Below the pieces are notes generated by a model, which was not told where the DNA came from, ran no database searches, and saw only the letters and a program-made list of their open reading frames with translations. This document shows, in pieces, positions 29,184 to 38,870 of a DNA stretch of 64,000 nucleotides. The first letter of the stretch is position 1. Every line of letters begins with the position of its first letter. This DNA comes from a bacterium. Its GTDB lineage: Bacteria; Patescibacteriota; Microgenomatia; JAMCZE01. The stretch covers positions 132,135 to 196,134 of the forward strand of contig JAKBJL010000003.1 in NCBI GenBank assembly GCA_021836035.1, written 5' to 3'. The translations under genes and the position numbers were made by a program.

Positions 29184-30356
29184 TTATTTGGAAAGGCTGG
29201 GTTGGTTAAGAAGGTAATACATTACACTGTAAACTTGGGTTATTCCTTCTGACCGCCAAGTGTTTAGTTTGCTTTTTGTCGTAGTATTTGTTCTTCGTTC
29301 TGCCAGAAAAACTAGTGTTTTTCCTATAAAAGTCTCAGCTTTTACCGGAACTCTCAAACCATAATAATTCTCAGTTTTTCCTTGGCCGCTAAGAAAATCA
29401 CCCACTCTTGCGTTGTTCATAGCAAAAATATTTCCAATTCTAGAATAGACTCGAGGGCCAAGACCCATAAAATCTACACCGTTGTTCATAAGTTTTCTTT
29501 GTGGTGCGTCCTTTTCTCTGCTAAAACCATAGGTACCTGTTTGGTTATATCCACATGTAACTAAATAATTTCTGGCCATGTCGTACATTTGATGCCGTTC
29601 ATGTAATCCCGGCCGACGCATCACTCCTTGGTTTATGAGATTCCTGCTTCTGGCGCCATAAGCATTGACATATTGAAACAAGGTAATTTCAGGCGGGTTT
29701 ACTTCTTCGACAACTCTAATTAAAGTATTTTCTAAACTTTGTTGTGTTTGATTCGGGGTACCAAACATGAGATCAATGTTGTAGGGTACACCGATTTGAT
29801 TTAAATTTTGAAGAATCTGAACTTCCTGTTGTGCCGAGGTAATATTCCGATCAAGACCCTGCCTTTCTTGATCTGATAAATTTTGAACTCCCAGGCTTAA
29901 TCTGCTTACCCCTAAGGCTAAAAGTCCCAATACATGATTTTCGGTAGCGTTTTTGGGGTGTAGTTCGAAAGTTATTCGGGCACCGTTGGTTTCCACATTT
30001 TGGCGAACATTAGCTAGAAGTTGATCGGCTTGACCTAGGGTTAAAAGTCCGGATGTCCCGCCTCCAAAGTAAACCGAAGTTATTTTTCCCCGGCCGACTT
30101 GTGGTAGGACAGTATCAAGGTGTTTTGAAAACGGTCCGATGTACCCTTCAATTTTTTCGGGACTGGCGGTTGTTCGGTGGAAGGCACAAAAAGAACAAAC
30201 TTGTTCACAAAACGGAATGTGGACATATAAAGCCAATCCTTTGCCAGCAGAGCGTCCAACCTCTCTTTGTTGGTTCATTTCTGCCAATCTAATTGGTTTT
30301 AGCCTGCCTTTAATAGTTTCACCTGCTAGCATGTGTAGCGCGTATTCACAATCCAT
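29184..30356 (-). CDS. radical SAM protein, HemW/HemN family (oxygen-independent coproporphyrinogen-III-oxidase-like)
   Basis: CEQVCSFCAF (CxxxCxxC), VYFGGGTSG (the GGGTP motif of HemN), 390 aa. Confidence 0.75.
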   Translation of the reverse strand: MDCEYALHMLAGETIKGRLKPIRLAEMNQQREVGRSAGKGLALYVHIPFCEQVCSFCAFHRTTASPEKIEGYIGPFSKHLDTVLPQVGRGKITSVYFGGGTSGLLTLGQADQLLANVRQNVETNGARITFELHPKNATENHVLGLLALGVSRLSLGVQNLSDQERQGLDRNITSAQQEVQILQNLNQIGVPYNIDLMFGTPNQTQQSLENTLIRVVEEVNPPEITLFQYVNAYGARSRNLINQGVMRRPGLHERHQMYDMARNYLVTCGYNQTGTYGFSREKDAPQRKLMNNGVDFMGLGPRVYSRIGNIFAMNNARVGDFLSGQGKTENYYGLRVPVKAETFIGKTLVFLAERRTNTTTKSKLNTWRSEGITQVYSVMYYLLNQPSLSK

Positions 30357-30392
30357 AAGTGCTTTATATACAAATAATGCTAAAATTGATAT

Positions 30393-31172
30393 ATGGGTGC
30401 TTTGACAGTAGCTTCACTAAACACTTTTGGAGGAGTGGTTGATATTTACAATTTGGCCCTTCGTTATAAAGCCATTGCTGATTACTTTAACTCTTCTACG
30501 GTGGATGTTATTCAGTTCCAAGAGGTTTTTACCTATTTGCATTTAGCATTATTTAAATATTTTTTGTCGGGGTATCAATATTGTCAGTTTCAAGCATCAT
30601 ATATGGGGCCGAAGGGTGGGCTAGTAACATTTTCTCGACACCAATTGATAAAACACCGTCATATTAACTACTCCCGTCACTTTGTCCCTTATTTAGGAAA
30701 GTCCATAATTGAGCTTTTTACCCAACGAGGGTTGTTGATAACTGAAATTAAGGGTTTTAGTGTGGCCTTAATTAACACCCATTTGACGGCGGTTCTTAAC
30801 GCCGATTGGAGCCAAAAAAGTAAATATTACAAAGAGCTAAGTTCTGAAATTAACGAATTTCACCAGTTGGTTAACGATGAGTCACTTAATAAAATCGGAA
30901 TTGCGACCGGGGACTTTAATACTGCCAAGGGTAGTGATTTATTTTGGCAGTTGATAAGTTGTCCAAGGCTAAATGATCCGTTCGAAAAAGATGAGCTTCC
31001 TACCCGGCATCAATGTTTTGCTGCCCTTGGTCGTAAAACCAATTGTGTTGATTATATTTTTGTTTTTGGTGATAAATCGCTGTACAAAGTTAAAGAAAAT
31101 AAGCGTATTTTTACGGAAAGGCCTTATGCTTCTGACCACATTGGACTTCAAATTTCTTTAACTCTTTCCTGA
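30393..31172 (+). CDS. endonuclease/exonuclease/phosphatase (EEP) family protein
   Basis: ASLNTFGG…VIQFQEV, TGDFNT, SDHIGL: the catalytic E, GDFN and SDH motifs of the EEP superfamily. Confidence 0.7.
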   Translation: MGALTVASLNTFGGVVDIYNLALRYKAIADYFNSSTVDVIQFQEVFTYLHLALFKYFLSGYQYCQFQASYMGPKGGLVTFSRHQLIKHRHINYSRHFVPYLGKSIIELFTQRGLLITEIKGFSVALINTHLTAVLNADWSQKSKYYKELSSEINEFHQLVNDESLNKIGIATGDFNTAKGSDLFWQLISCPRLNDPFEKDELPTRHQCFAALGRKTNCVDYIFVFGDKSLYKVKENKRIFTERPYASDHIGLQISLTLS

Positions 31173-31948
31173 GCTTGTTCGTATAACAAATAATCTTTTT
31201 CGTGAAACTGTTGAAACCGTCGTAGGAAATCGTGTTCATATGTTGGGGAAGATTGACGAAATTGTGGGGTGCGGTTTAGCCACTTAACTTGGTGTCGACC
31301 CATCTCTTTTCTCGAAACAAAACCGCTATTTTGCAGACAGCGGATCAATTTTTGAGCAAAGGCGTCGAGTTCGTTTGTGACTCCAACCACAGCAAAAGCA
31401 TGGAGGTCTTTTCCGCCTAATGCTTGGGTTTGATAATTTTGAAGTTGGGGCAATAAAGCGTAATCTTCAAAAGTTAATGCCGAATCGAACGGTATTCTTA
31501 CCCGCCATTCAGTGATACCTTTTGTTCTTTGCCAATGAGTATATTGCGATTCCATTCTTTCTAAAGGGTCACGGATGACAACGGCAGAGATAGGGTTGGT
31601 AATCAGTTGGTCAAAGCGATTTGCAGCAAAATGGCCGTGAATTGCGGCGAAATTGTCGGGTAAATTTGTGACCTGGATAACTTTAGGTTTTAGTACCCCA
31701 TCGATAAGTACTTGGTAAGCTTTATTTATAAGGGGAGCAAGGGGGGTGTTAGCAATTCTTAACCGGAGAGCATCGTGCACCCGATTTGTTCGTTGAACTT
31801 TAAGATCGGCGGACCTAGTTAATGTATCCCGAATAGGGTCGTATATGAGTACTCTGTTTTTTCCTAAAACCGACTCTAACAAATCTTGGATTGATGTCCC
31901 GGCAGTTTTTTCAATATGGACGCTTAATACGCGACTTTCAACTGGCAT
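31148..31948 (-). CDS. sulfotransferase-family protein
   Basis: VHIEKTAGTSI (5-prime-PSB H-x-P-K-T-G-G-T-like) and VVIRDPLERMES (RDP motif). Confidence 0.6.
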   Translation of the reverse strand: MPVESRVLSVHIEKTAGTSIQDLLESVLGKNRVLIYDPIRDTLTRSADLKVQRTNRVHDALRLRIANTPLAPLINKAYQVLIDGVLKPKVIQVTNLPDNFAAIHGHFAANRFDQLITNPISAVVIRDPLERMESQYTHWQRTKGITEWRVRIPFDSALTFEDYALLPQLQNYQTQALGGKDLHAFAVVGVTNELDAFAQKLIRCLQNSGFVSRKEMGRHQVKWLNRTPQFRQSSPTYEHDFLRRFQQFHEKDYLLYEQAQERVKEI

Positions 31949-31981
31949 ATAAATATCCTATAATATGAATTATATATCAAT

Positions 31982-32650
31982 ATGCCTGAGAATCAAAATG
32001 ATAAGTACCTTTGTTTACCACGAAGAAGCCCTCAAGAATGGCTAAGGGGAAAATTCCATGTAGATACAGAAAATATTCCCCGGCTTGTTTATCCTTTGGC
32101 TAAATTTATCCACGAAGAAAAACCGGATTATGTTTTAGCCATCGACTCCGGTGCACGAATTACTGGTCTTGCGTTATTTGCTTTTTACCACGAACTATAT
32201 GGAGAGTTACCTACAAAAGACCACCGGATTCACTTTCGTAAGATTTCCCATAGTTTTCCGGCGGAGGTGGTAAGGCGTCAACTGAAACCAGATATTTGCG
32301 AAGTAATGTCTTCAAGTGAATCACCGTTGTTATTTGTTGTTGATGATTGCGTCAATACAGGAACAACAACGCTGATGTTGCGATTATTAGTTTCTGAATT
32401 ATCTGAGGGAAAAGTCCGGCTTAAAATTGGAGTAATGCGAGAGTTTTTGGCCGGAGTAACAGATGTAAGGGGTGATACTTTTAGTCTTGCCAGAGCCACA
32501 TGGCGAAACAACTCGCAATTGATTGGAGTGGAATATACTGACAAGATTATCCCGCATGTTATGCGAACAGCCGAGGCCGCCAATTTAAGAAGAGAAATAT
32601 TTACCAATGTCAGAGGCTTTGCGTCCAAAATAAAAAGCAGGCAAATATGA
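31982..32650 (+). CDS. phosphoribosyltransferase-domain protein (type I PRTase)
   Basis: PRPP-binding loop LLFVVDDCVNTGTT. Confidence 0.6.
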   Translation: MPENQNDKYLCLPRRSPQEWLRGKFHVDTENIPRLVYPLAKFIHEEKPDYVLAIDSGARITGLALFAFYHELYGELPTKDHRIHFRKISHSFPAEVVRRQLKPDICEVMSSSESPLLFVVDDCVNTGTTTLMLRLLVSELSEGKVRLKIGVMREFLAGVTDVRGDTFSLARATWRNNSQLIGVEYTDKIIPHVMRTAEAANLRREIFTNVRGFASKIKSRQI

Positions 32651-34743
32651 AGAATGAAATTATAAATTATCGGGGATGTATCCACCCACTTGTGCCGGAT
32701 GTACTTAATGTTTGTCATGAGCAATTAACTGAAGCCCGGCTAAGAAACGGAGTTATTTTTGGTAAGGATCAAGGAATAGAATTACCAGTAAACGCTTTAA
32801 TTAGTGAAATAATAAAATTGCAGGAAGCCTATGATAGTCGATTAGCGTTAGCCATTATAGATCGGAGACTGCCAGCTGAATCAGTACCGCTTTTAAGACA
32901 AACTGCTAAAGTCTTAGAAAATAATAAAGCAGTAGTTGTTAACAAGTTTGCGTCTGGATGGCTAGAGAACGGCTGTGGTGATCAAGCCACACAATTAACA
33001 GCACACAGGCTACTTCACCTACTTTCTTTATCCGATACTCCACATTTGTTGGACAAATATAGTCTGGAAGTATCACCCACTCAGGGAATCTTTATTGTAC
33101 CGTCTGAAACTGATGGAATCTTGAAAGAAACATTGGCCCTTTTGCCGTTTGCAAAAAATGTTGTTGGTTTTCAAGTTAGACAAAACGGATCTGACAGGAT
33201 AGTAACTTTATTTGTAAACGCCGATGGTAAAAATTTAACTAGGACTGAAATTAAGGTCGATGGAAAAGACAAAGCGGCCATGGCTAAAAATAAAAAAACC
33301 AAAAGAATATTGATAGCTGTGGAGGGTGATATTGCCGGACATGCCGTGAGGGCATTAGAAACAGCTAGGGGTTTAAGAAGACTGGACTATGAACCGACAA
33401 TCGTTGGTAGCGGTTATTATGCCCGACCGTTTGTTGAAGAAGGTTTCAATTGTCTGCCACCGTTTAATACCGAGCAAACAGCTGAACGGGATCGTATTAT
33501 TACCCAGGCTAGAGGAGAAGGTAAAGGATTATTTTTCTGGGATTTTGATACTGTCAAAAAGCGCGTAGAAGGTTTCAAAACATCACTAAGGGGTTATGTT
33601 CAATCCGGTGTAGATCTTTTTCTTTGTGATATGAACCCAATTGTGGACATAGCCGTTAGTCATCTTCAAAAAGAAACAGGTAGAACTTTTCCAAAATTAA
33701 CCGAAACGCACAATATTCTTTTGTCAGCAACCAGAAGTTTACGAGCACTTAAAGTTGGCGGGATCTCGATGGGAGAATATCTTTACAAAGTCAATGGTTC
33801 AAGGGTATTAAAATTAATGGATCCAAAGGGTTTTCGTTTTGCGGCTACCCATTTTATTTTTAATGAAATTGCCGATGTGGTTATGGGTTTACCGCTTTCG
33901 GTCTATGAACGGCTTCACGGAGGCAGCGGATCGAGAATAAAATTTACTGATTACATGTACGGAAGAGACGGCACCCTACAGTTTTGTTTTAAACCAGACA
34001 GTAGGAACACAAAATCTTATCCGGTCGGCCTTCAGGCTGATAGGGGAAAAACCGATGGTTCTGATCGAGATCATTGGGAAGCAGAAATCCCAGCAGACAA
34101 AGCCTTTGTCTTAAACTCTCAAGGAAGTACATATCATAAGAAAGCTTGGGATACCGTAGTCGACGGATTAGCAGAAACTCCGACTTTATTTTCTGTTCAT
34201 GTCACAGGAATTAAAGAAGATCAGCCGTCTCCATTGGGCGGTTCAGAAGTGACCGGTTATAAAGTTGGTTATGTGGCTGGTTATAGAATGGCACAAAGAG
34301 CCGATGTTGTAATTAACCACGGCGGGTTTGGAACAATTTCTCAGTGGCTAATGGCTACAGCGGATAGAATTTGTGAAGAACGACAAATACTGGACCGGAT
34401 AGTTCAAGCTGGGTCTCCAGATGAAGTCCCCGCCTTTTTAATGTCCTGCCGCGGAATTTCCCGTTCACTTTCACTTTGCAATACTTTTGAGCAGGAAAAT
34501 AATTCCCGTTCGTTAAACGAAGTTGGTGGAGACCATGTTTGTACGGTCACAACGGCTGATGCTCTGTTGCAAACTACTGATCCAAAGGCAGAAATAAGAG
34601 AAAAAGTTGAGATGTTACTAACTGATCCGGTAGATAATCAAGAACGGGAGTTTTGGCTTGATCTGGTGAAATATGAAGCTACCATGAACGCACCGATACA
34701 CGCTGCCCTTATTTTGGAGAGGATTATGATGACAGGTAAATAA
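32647..34743 (+). CDS. large GT-B glycosyltransferase (GT1/GT28-like) with a ~220-aa N-terminal extension
   Basis: N-lobe RILIAVEGDIAGHAVRALETARGLRRLDYEPTIVG (the G-x-x-GH of MurG/UGT) and C-lobe ADVVINHGGFGTISQWL (the HGG-G-T nucleotide-sugar motif). Confidence 0.5.
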   Translation: MKNEIINYRGCIHPLVPDVLNVCHEQLTEARLRNGVIFGKDQGIELPVNALISEIIKLQEAYDSRLALAIIDRRLPAESVPLLRQTAKVLENNKAVVVNKFASGWLENGCGDQATQLTAHRLLHLLSLSDTPHLLDKYSLEVSPTQGIFIVPSETDGILKETLALLPFAKNVVGFQVRQNGSDRIVTLFVNADGKNLTRTEIKVDGKDKAAMAKNKKTKRILIAVEGDIAGHAVRALETARGLRRLDYEPTIVGSGYYARPFVEEGFNCLPPFNTEQTAERDRIITQARGEGKGLFFWDFDTVKKRVEGFKTSLRGYVQSGVDLFLCDMNPIVDIAVSHLQKETGRTFPKLTETHNILLSATRSLRALKVGGISMGEYLYKVNGSRVLKLMDPKGFRFAATHFIFNEIADVVMGLPLSVYERLHGGSGSRIKFTDYMYGRDGTLQFCFKPDSRNTKSYPVGLQADRGKTDGSDRDHWEAEIPADKAFVLNSQGSTYHKKAWDTVVDGLAETPTLFSVHVTGIKEDQPSPLGGSEVTGYKVGYVAGYRMAQRADVVINHGGFGTISQWLMATADRICEERQILDRIVQAGSPDEVPAFLMSCRGISRSLSLCNTFEQENNSRSLNEVGGDHVCTVTTADALLQTTDPKAEIREKVEMLLTDPVDNQEREFWLDLVKYEATMNAPIHAALILERIMMTGK

Positions 34744-34746
34744 AAT

Positions 34747-35583
34747 ATGAAACAAGCAGAAAATCTTTTCAAGCAGGTACCATATACGGGCATTCCCATG
34801 TTAGCCAGATTAGGAATGTCTTTGTTAGAGGCTCCGGGCGGAGCTATTACTTTTGGCGACCGGATACGAAATAGGGGTATCTTGTCCACTAGTGAAGCAC
34901 AGTCAATTTTATTTGAAGCAGTAGATCGGTTAGACGGAGCTCTAGCTGACAATTTAAAAAGCTCTCCCAGAATTGGGAAATATCTGGGACGGGGTTTCGA
35001 AGCCACTGTGTTTGCTTTAGACACGAAAGACGGCAAATGGGTTATGAAGATTGGTTTGCCAAAAAGTTGCGTTCCTGGGATTTATTCGCCGTCAACTGAT
35101 AAATATGCTGCTATGATGAAGTGGAATTATACTGTTCTTCAAAAAACGTTTTCCAGAGGACTACCACATATGCTACCGAACCCATACTTTGTTGTTACCC
35201 CAAGCGAATTGGGTCGAGCTACGACGGTTCAATTTCTCCCATATGTAGAAAAGATCGCAGACATGGATGTTTTAACAGCGGTTCAAAAATTGCATTTAAT
35301 TGAAGAAAGGCAAAAATTTTACGATACTTCGAAGTTGCTAATTGCAAAAAATAGAGTCATGCCGGATTTGGTCGGACCTAGAAATCTTATTTTAGGCATG
35401 GTGGAAAATGACCCGCATTATCATTTGATAGATCTTGGATTATTTCATCTCCGTGCTCCAACGCCGATACTTAATTTGCTGGTTTATTCATTCCAAAGAG
35501 CATCATTAATAAAAGATGTCAGTACATTGAAGTGTCAAGCACCCCTTTTGTTGCACACACTTTCTCTAAACAAAACGGCTTGA
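34747..35583 (+). CDS. atypical protein-kinase-like fold protein (Kdo/LPS-kinase/RIO-like)
   Basis: YLGRGFEATVFAL…KWVMKIG (Gly-loop and VAIK-like Lys), PDLVGPRNLIL (catalytic loop D…N), HLIDLGLF (DFG-like). Confidence 0.45.
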   Translation: MKQAENLFKQVPYTGIPMLARLGMSLLEAPGGAITFGDRIRNRGILSTSEAQSILFEAVDRLDGALADNLKSSPRIGKYLGRGFEATVFALDTKDGKWVMKIGLPKSCVPGIYSPSTDKYAAMMKWNYTVLQKTFSRGLPHMLPNPYFVVTPSELGRATTVQFLPYVEKIADMDVLTAVQKLHLIEERQKFYDTSKLLIAKNRVMPDLVGPRNLILGMVENDPHYHLIDLGLFHLRAPTPILNLLVYSFQRASLIKDVSTLKCQAPLLLHTLSLNKTA

Positions 35584-35951
35584 GAGTGGGAGCGACAGGT
35601 AAACGGATAGAAAATTGGATTGATAATTCGGATAAGGCTCTCCAGTTTGCGGTTCAAACCCGCTACACATTCGCTAATGGCAGTATTGCAGATAAACGGG
35701 ACATATTGGCCACCATTGGATCGAACCTAATTTTGGAAGATGGAAAGTTGCATTGCAAAGCCCAAGGTCCATATTGCTTCCTGGAAGAGATTGTAAAAGT
35801 GGAGCCGACAGCTTCAGCAGAGTTCGAACCTGAGAAGCAGGGTATATCAACAGCCCAATTGGAGACTTTGTGGATTCAAAATCCATCTGTGCAGCCCTGG
35901 ATGGAAAACCTTCGAACTTTTTGTGCCCAAAACTATCTTTTTGTCGAATGA
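35532..35951 (+). pseudogene. C-terminal remnant of a large-serine-recombinase-like gene (…SNLILEDGKLHC…QPWMENLRTFCAQNY); contains repeat R3
   Basis: Aligns with the tails of 42709..43068 and 2063..2632; 5-prime end overlaps the preceding gene. Confidence 0.4.
35891..35932 (+). repeat. recombinase-like 3-prime-end remnant repeat R3
   Basis: GCAGCCCTGGATGGAAAACCTTCGAACTTTTTGTGCCCAAAA. Confidence 0.65.
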
Positions 35952-35963
35952 TATACTTATAGC

Positions 35964-37622
35964 GTGGCTGAAGGTAATCAGGAAACTTCGATACCAGAAC
36001 AACCAAAACACCAATTATCAACTCGCCGACAGTTTCTTAAACGAGCAGGCTTAGGGGTAGCAGCATTGACAGCTGTATCTGTAGGTGTAGGCGAGGCAAG
36101 GAAAGATTATTTTTCTGAAGGTGCCGATCCTGAAATCCAATCGGCATTAGAAAAACAAGGCGTTAAAGATGTCCACTTAAGAATGTACTTCGGAGATCAT
36201 TACTTCACTCAAGAAACAGCTAATAAGATGGAAGCGCAAGGCGTTACTGTCATCACTGGTGAGCTAGGTTTTACACCCGGAACTGGACGAATTGGTGGTA
36301 ACGAAACAAAAAGTGTTGCTGAAGAATTCTTTGTAAATCTTAAAAAGTTACCGAATGGGGTGACTGGTTCTGATCAAATGCGACTTCAATCACAACGAAG
36401 CGCAGAATTATTAGAACGGTTTTCTAGGGGTCGAGCAATTTTAGCTTCTGATAACGGGATTGGTGGCACGGCATTGCAGGAAGCAGCCAACGAAGTATGG
36501 GTCGGGTGGGGTTTGTTTGGTTCTCTATTGTATTTTGCGGGATTGGCTTGGAAGACAGGAATGTTAACTGATTCAAAAAACCCTATCTCTCGACGGGGTT
36601 TTCTAAAAGGAGCGGCGATTGGTGGTGGTGCCGCAATAAGCAGTTTAATTGGTGGAGCTTTATATCAAACGGCAGAAAACCGTGGCTGGATCGAACCAAC
36701 TGCCAATACCGAGGTTTCTTATATTTACTCAAGATTGTTTAATTTGGTGGCAGTTGATGTTTCGACTAAAGCTTTGGAAATTGCAGGTGATAAGCGCCTT
36801 TTACAAGCGTTCCAATCTCTAATTAACGTCAGAAATAAAGTCATGGCCTTGAATAATTGGTATTTGATCGAATCGCTAGAGAGGAGCAAAGGTTTACGGC
36901 AGGGTCTTACTGGACCAAATGAATATGTCGAAATGGGATTTTTTGCCGGAGCGGGACACTCGGCAGCTAAAGATGAATTCTGTAAGGGGCCGTCTCAACT
37001 TGGAACGGAATTAAAAGCAGAGGTTAGCAGTTGGCTTGATCAGTATGAAAAAGACATGGCAACGGCACCAGAAGATAAAAAAGAACACGTGCTCGATTAT
37101 TACCAGGGTTTAATGACGACTTTTGGACGTCCTTATTTGATCAGCCATTCGCCTATTAACCAAGAGGGAACTGGGTTAGACAACCATATTCCAAAGGTTG
37201 ATGCTCCAGCAGCCATCATGTATCGAACTTTGGTTGAAAGGATTACAGAAAGGAGATCGTCTGGACAAAACGCAGATAATTATGAGCAGTTAGTCGCGGG
37301 GCTAGTTAAAGACCAGCATTTCCCAGACGGAACTTATATTAATGTTAGCGGTAAAAATGTTTTAATCGAAGGGAAATATCACGGGGAAATGACAGCTAAA
37401 GACCCAGGAGCCCTAAGGGAAAGGTTTGTCGAATGCAATTTTATATCTCCCGATGATTTGCGGTCGATTCAAGGCGAATTATACCCGGGACTTTACACTT
37501 ACGACTATGGTGGGCCAGTGGTAGATAAAAAGGTGTCAGTTGGGATTGCTATCATCAGGGGTATGCCCGCGACGTTTTTCCAAAAAGAAGATACATCGTT
37601 TATTATAAGTAAAGCTCCCTAA
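35964..37622 (+). CDS. hypothetical Tat-signal protein with a second internal twin-arginine motif
   Basis: N-terminus STRRQFLKRAGLGVAALTAVSVG (S/T-R-R-x-F-L-K); a second SRRGFLKGAAIGGGAAISS at ~residue 205; 552 aa. Confidence 0.55.
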   Translation: MAEGNQETSIPEQPKHQLSTRRQFLKRAGLGVAALTAVSVGVGEARKDYFSEGADPEIQSALEKQGVKDVHLRMYFGDHYFTQETANKMEAQGVTVITGELGFTPGTGRIGGNETKSVAEEFFVNLKKLPNGVTGSDQMRLQSQRSAELLERFSRGRAILASDNGIGGTALQEAANEVWVGWGLFGSLLYFAGLAWKTGMLTDSKNPISRRGFLKGAAIGGGAAISSLIGGALYQTAENRGWIEPTANTEVSYIYSRLFNLVAVDVSTKALEIAGDKRLLQAFQSLINVRNKVMALNNWYLIESLERSKGLRQGLTGPNEYVEMGFFAGAGHSAAKDEFCKGPSQLGTELKAEVSSWLDQYEKDMATAPEDKKEHVLDYYQGLMTTFGRPYLISHSPINQEGTGLDNHIPKVDAPAAIMYRTLVERITERRSSGQNADNYEQLVAGLVKDQHFPDGTYINVSGKNVLIEGKYHGEMTAKDPGALRERFVECNFISPDDLRSIQGELYPGLYTYDYGGPVVDKKVSVGIAIIRGMPATFFQKEDTSFIISKAP

Positions 37623-38100
37623 AACAACTTTTTATTAACCTCTTCACTTGAATAATAGGTTGTTGTTTCGCTTAGCTCTCCGATTGAGACTTAAGACAAA
37701 AGAGAAACGGAGCGTCTTGTATTGGAAGGAGATATGCAATCCCGGATGCGTGAACATTTGGCAGGTAGTGGACAACAATATGTCCGTGAGGAACTGGGGA
37801 GGATCTTCCCTGAACTCGATCCTACTTCTGACTAAGCAGAATGGAGCTCCGAACAAAAAGAGGCAATGGAATGGGCACTTGATCATGCCCAAGCGATGCT
37901 GGTTAGCGCGATTCTGAAAAGAACAGAAGGGTACAAAGCCGGTCTGGAAGCACAATTCAAAGGAAACAACGAACTCGCAGGAATGAAAGACCTAGGCTTA
38001 AACCAGAGACGAGACTTGCTTGCAGTCGATAATTTAACCCCCCTTCTTAAAACTTTTCAACCAAACCAATCCAAGTAAGCAGATTATTCAAGGAGTTCAC

Positions 38101-38868
38101 TTATGTTTTCGGGTCAGTAGCAATTAATTTACAATAACTTTCCTCCATATAAGATTGCTCTTTAATTTTCCATCCCGTTTCTTCTAGAATCTTTTTGGCC
38201 TCCGGAGGGATAGCCGGAGAGGAGGCAAACTGGCCTTCTTTTTGAAATTCAGTCGTAATCAATGCCGCCCCAGGTGTTGCTAGCCGTCTCATTTCTGTCC
38301 AAAATTTGCGAAGGACTTGTTCCGATGCCATTCCTTGATTCAAGCTGGGATTATAAGCGGCCATTGCTTGACCATCAAAAACTTCAAAGCCGTTTACTAC
38401 TAACGTGTTAATTGCTCCACTGGCAAAAGGATTTTCGTAGAAGCTTGCCACGACCTTTTCAGCTTTCTGTGTACCTTTTAACTGAGTTATATATTTATTG
38501 AAATAATCCGGATCTAACGAAGTCATTATCGTGTTTTCTTGGCCAAAAACGCTGCCTGGTAATCCGTCAAAACCCGAGGCTATATATAAAACTTTTGGGG
38601 TAACCTTTTGCTTGTCCAATTCTTGTTTTTCGCGGAGGTAGTGCTGAGCACGGAAATACTCATCCAGGAGTTCTGCGCTCTTCGAATCTAACTTTCCAAG
38701 TCGTCTTTTTTCTGCAAGTTTATGGGCTTCATCAAGAGGAATCGGTTTGGCGTGGTAATATTCAGTAAATAATTTTCCGTCACGGACAAAGTCCACAAAC
38801 TGCCTAAATTTGAATCCCCAATCTTGTCCTGTTCTTACCTCTGTCTCTGAAAGTGAACTATCAATCAT
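38101..38868 (-). CDS. hypothetical protein
   Basis: 255-aa ORF adjacent to the MFS transporter. Confidence 0.5.
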   Translation of the reverse strand: MIDSSLSETEVRTGQDWGFKFRQFVDFVRDGKLFTEYYHAKPIPLDEAHKLAEKRRLGKLDSKSAELLDEYFRAQHYLREKQELDKQKVTPKVLYIASGFDGLPGSVFGQENTIMTSLDPDYFNKYITQLKGTQKAEKVVASFYENPFASGAINTLVVNGFEVFDGQAMAAYNPSLNQGMASEQVLRKFWTEMRRLATPGAALITTEFQKEGQFASSPAIPPEAKKILEETGWKIKEQSYMEESYCKLIATDPKT

Positions 38869-38870
38869 TT

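Noticed and set aside
37623-38100. 477-nt gap with small ORFs (37648..37917 +, 37866..38078 +, 37644..37955 −), and a possible sixth degenerate remnant (GCAATCCCGGATGCGTGAACATTTGG at ~37738)
   Set aside because: The match to the repeat consensus is only ~10/14 over the core, and the ORFs are short and conflicting. It is left unannotated.
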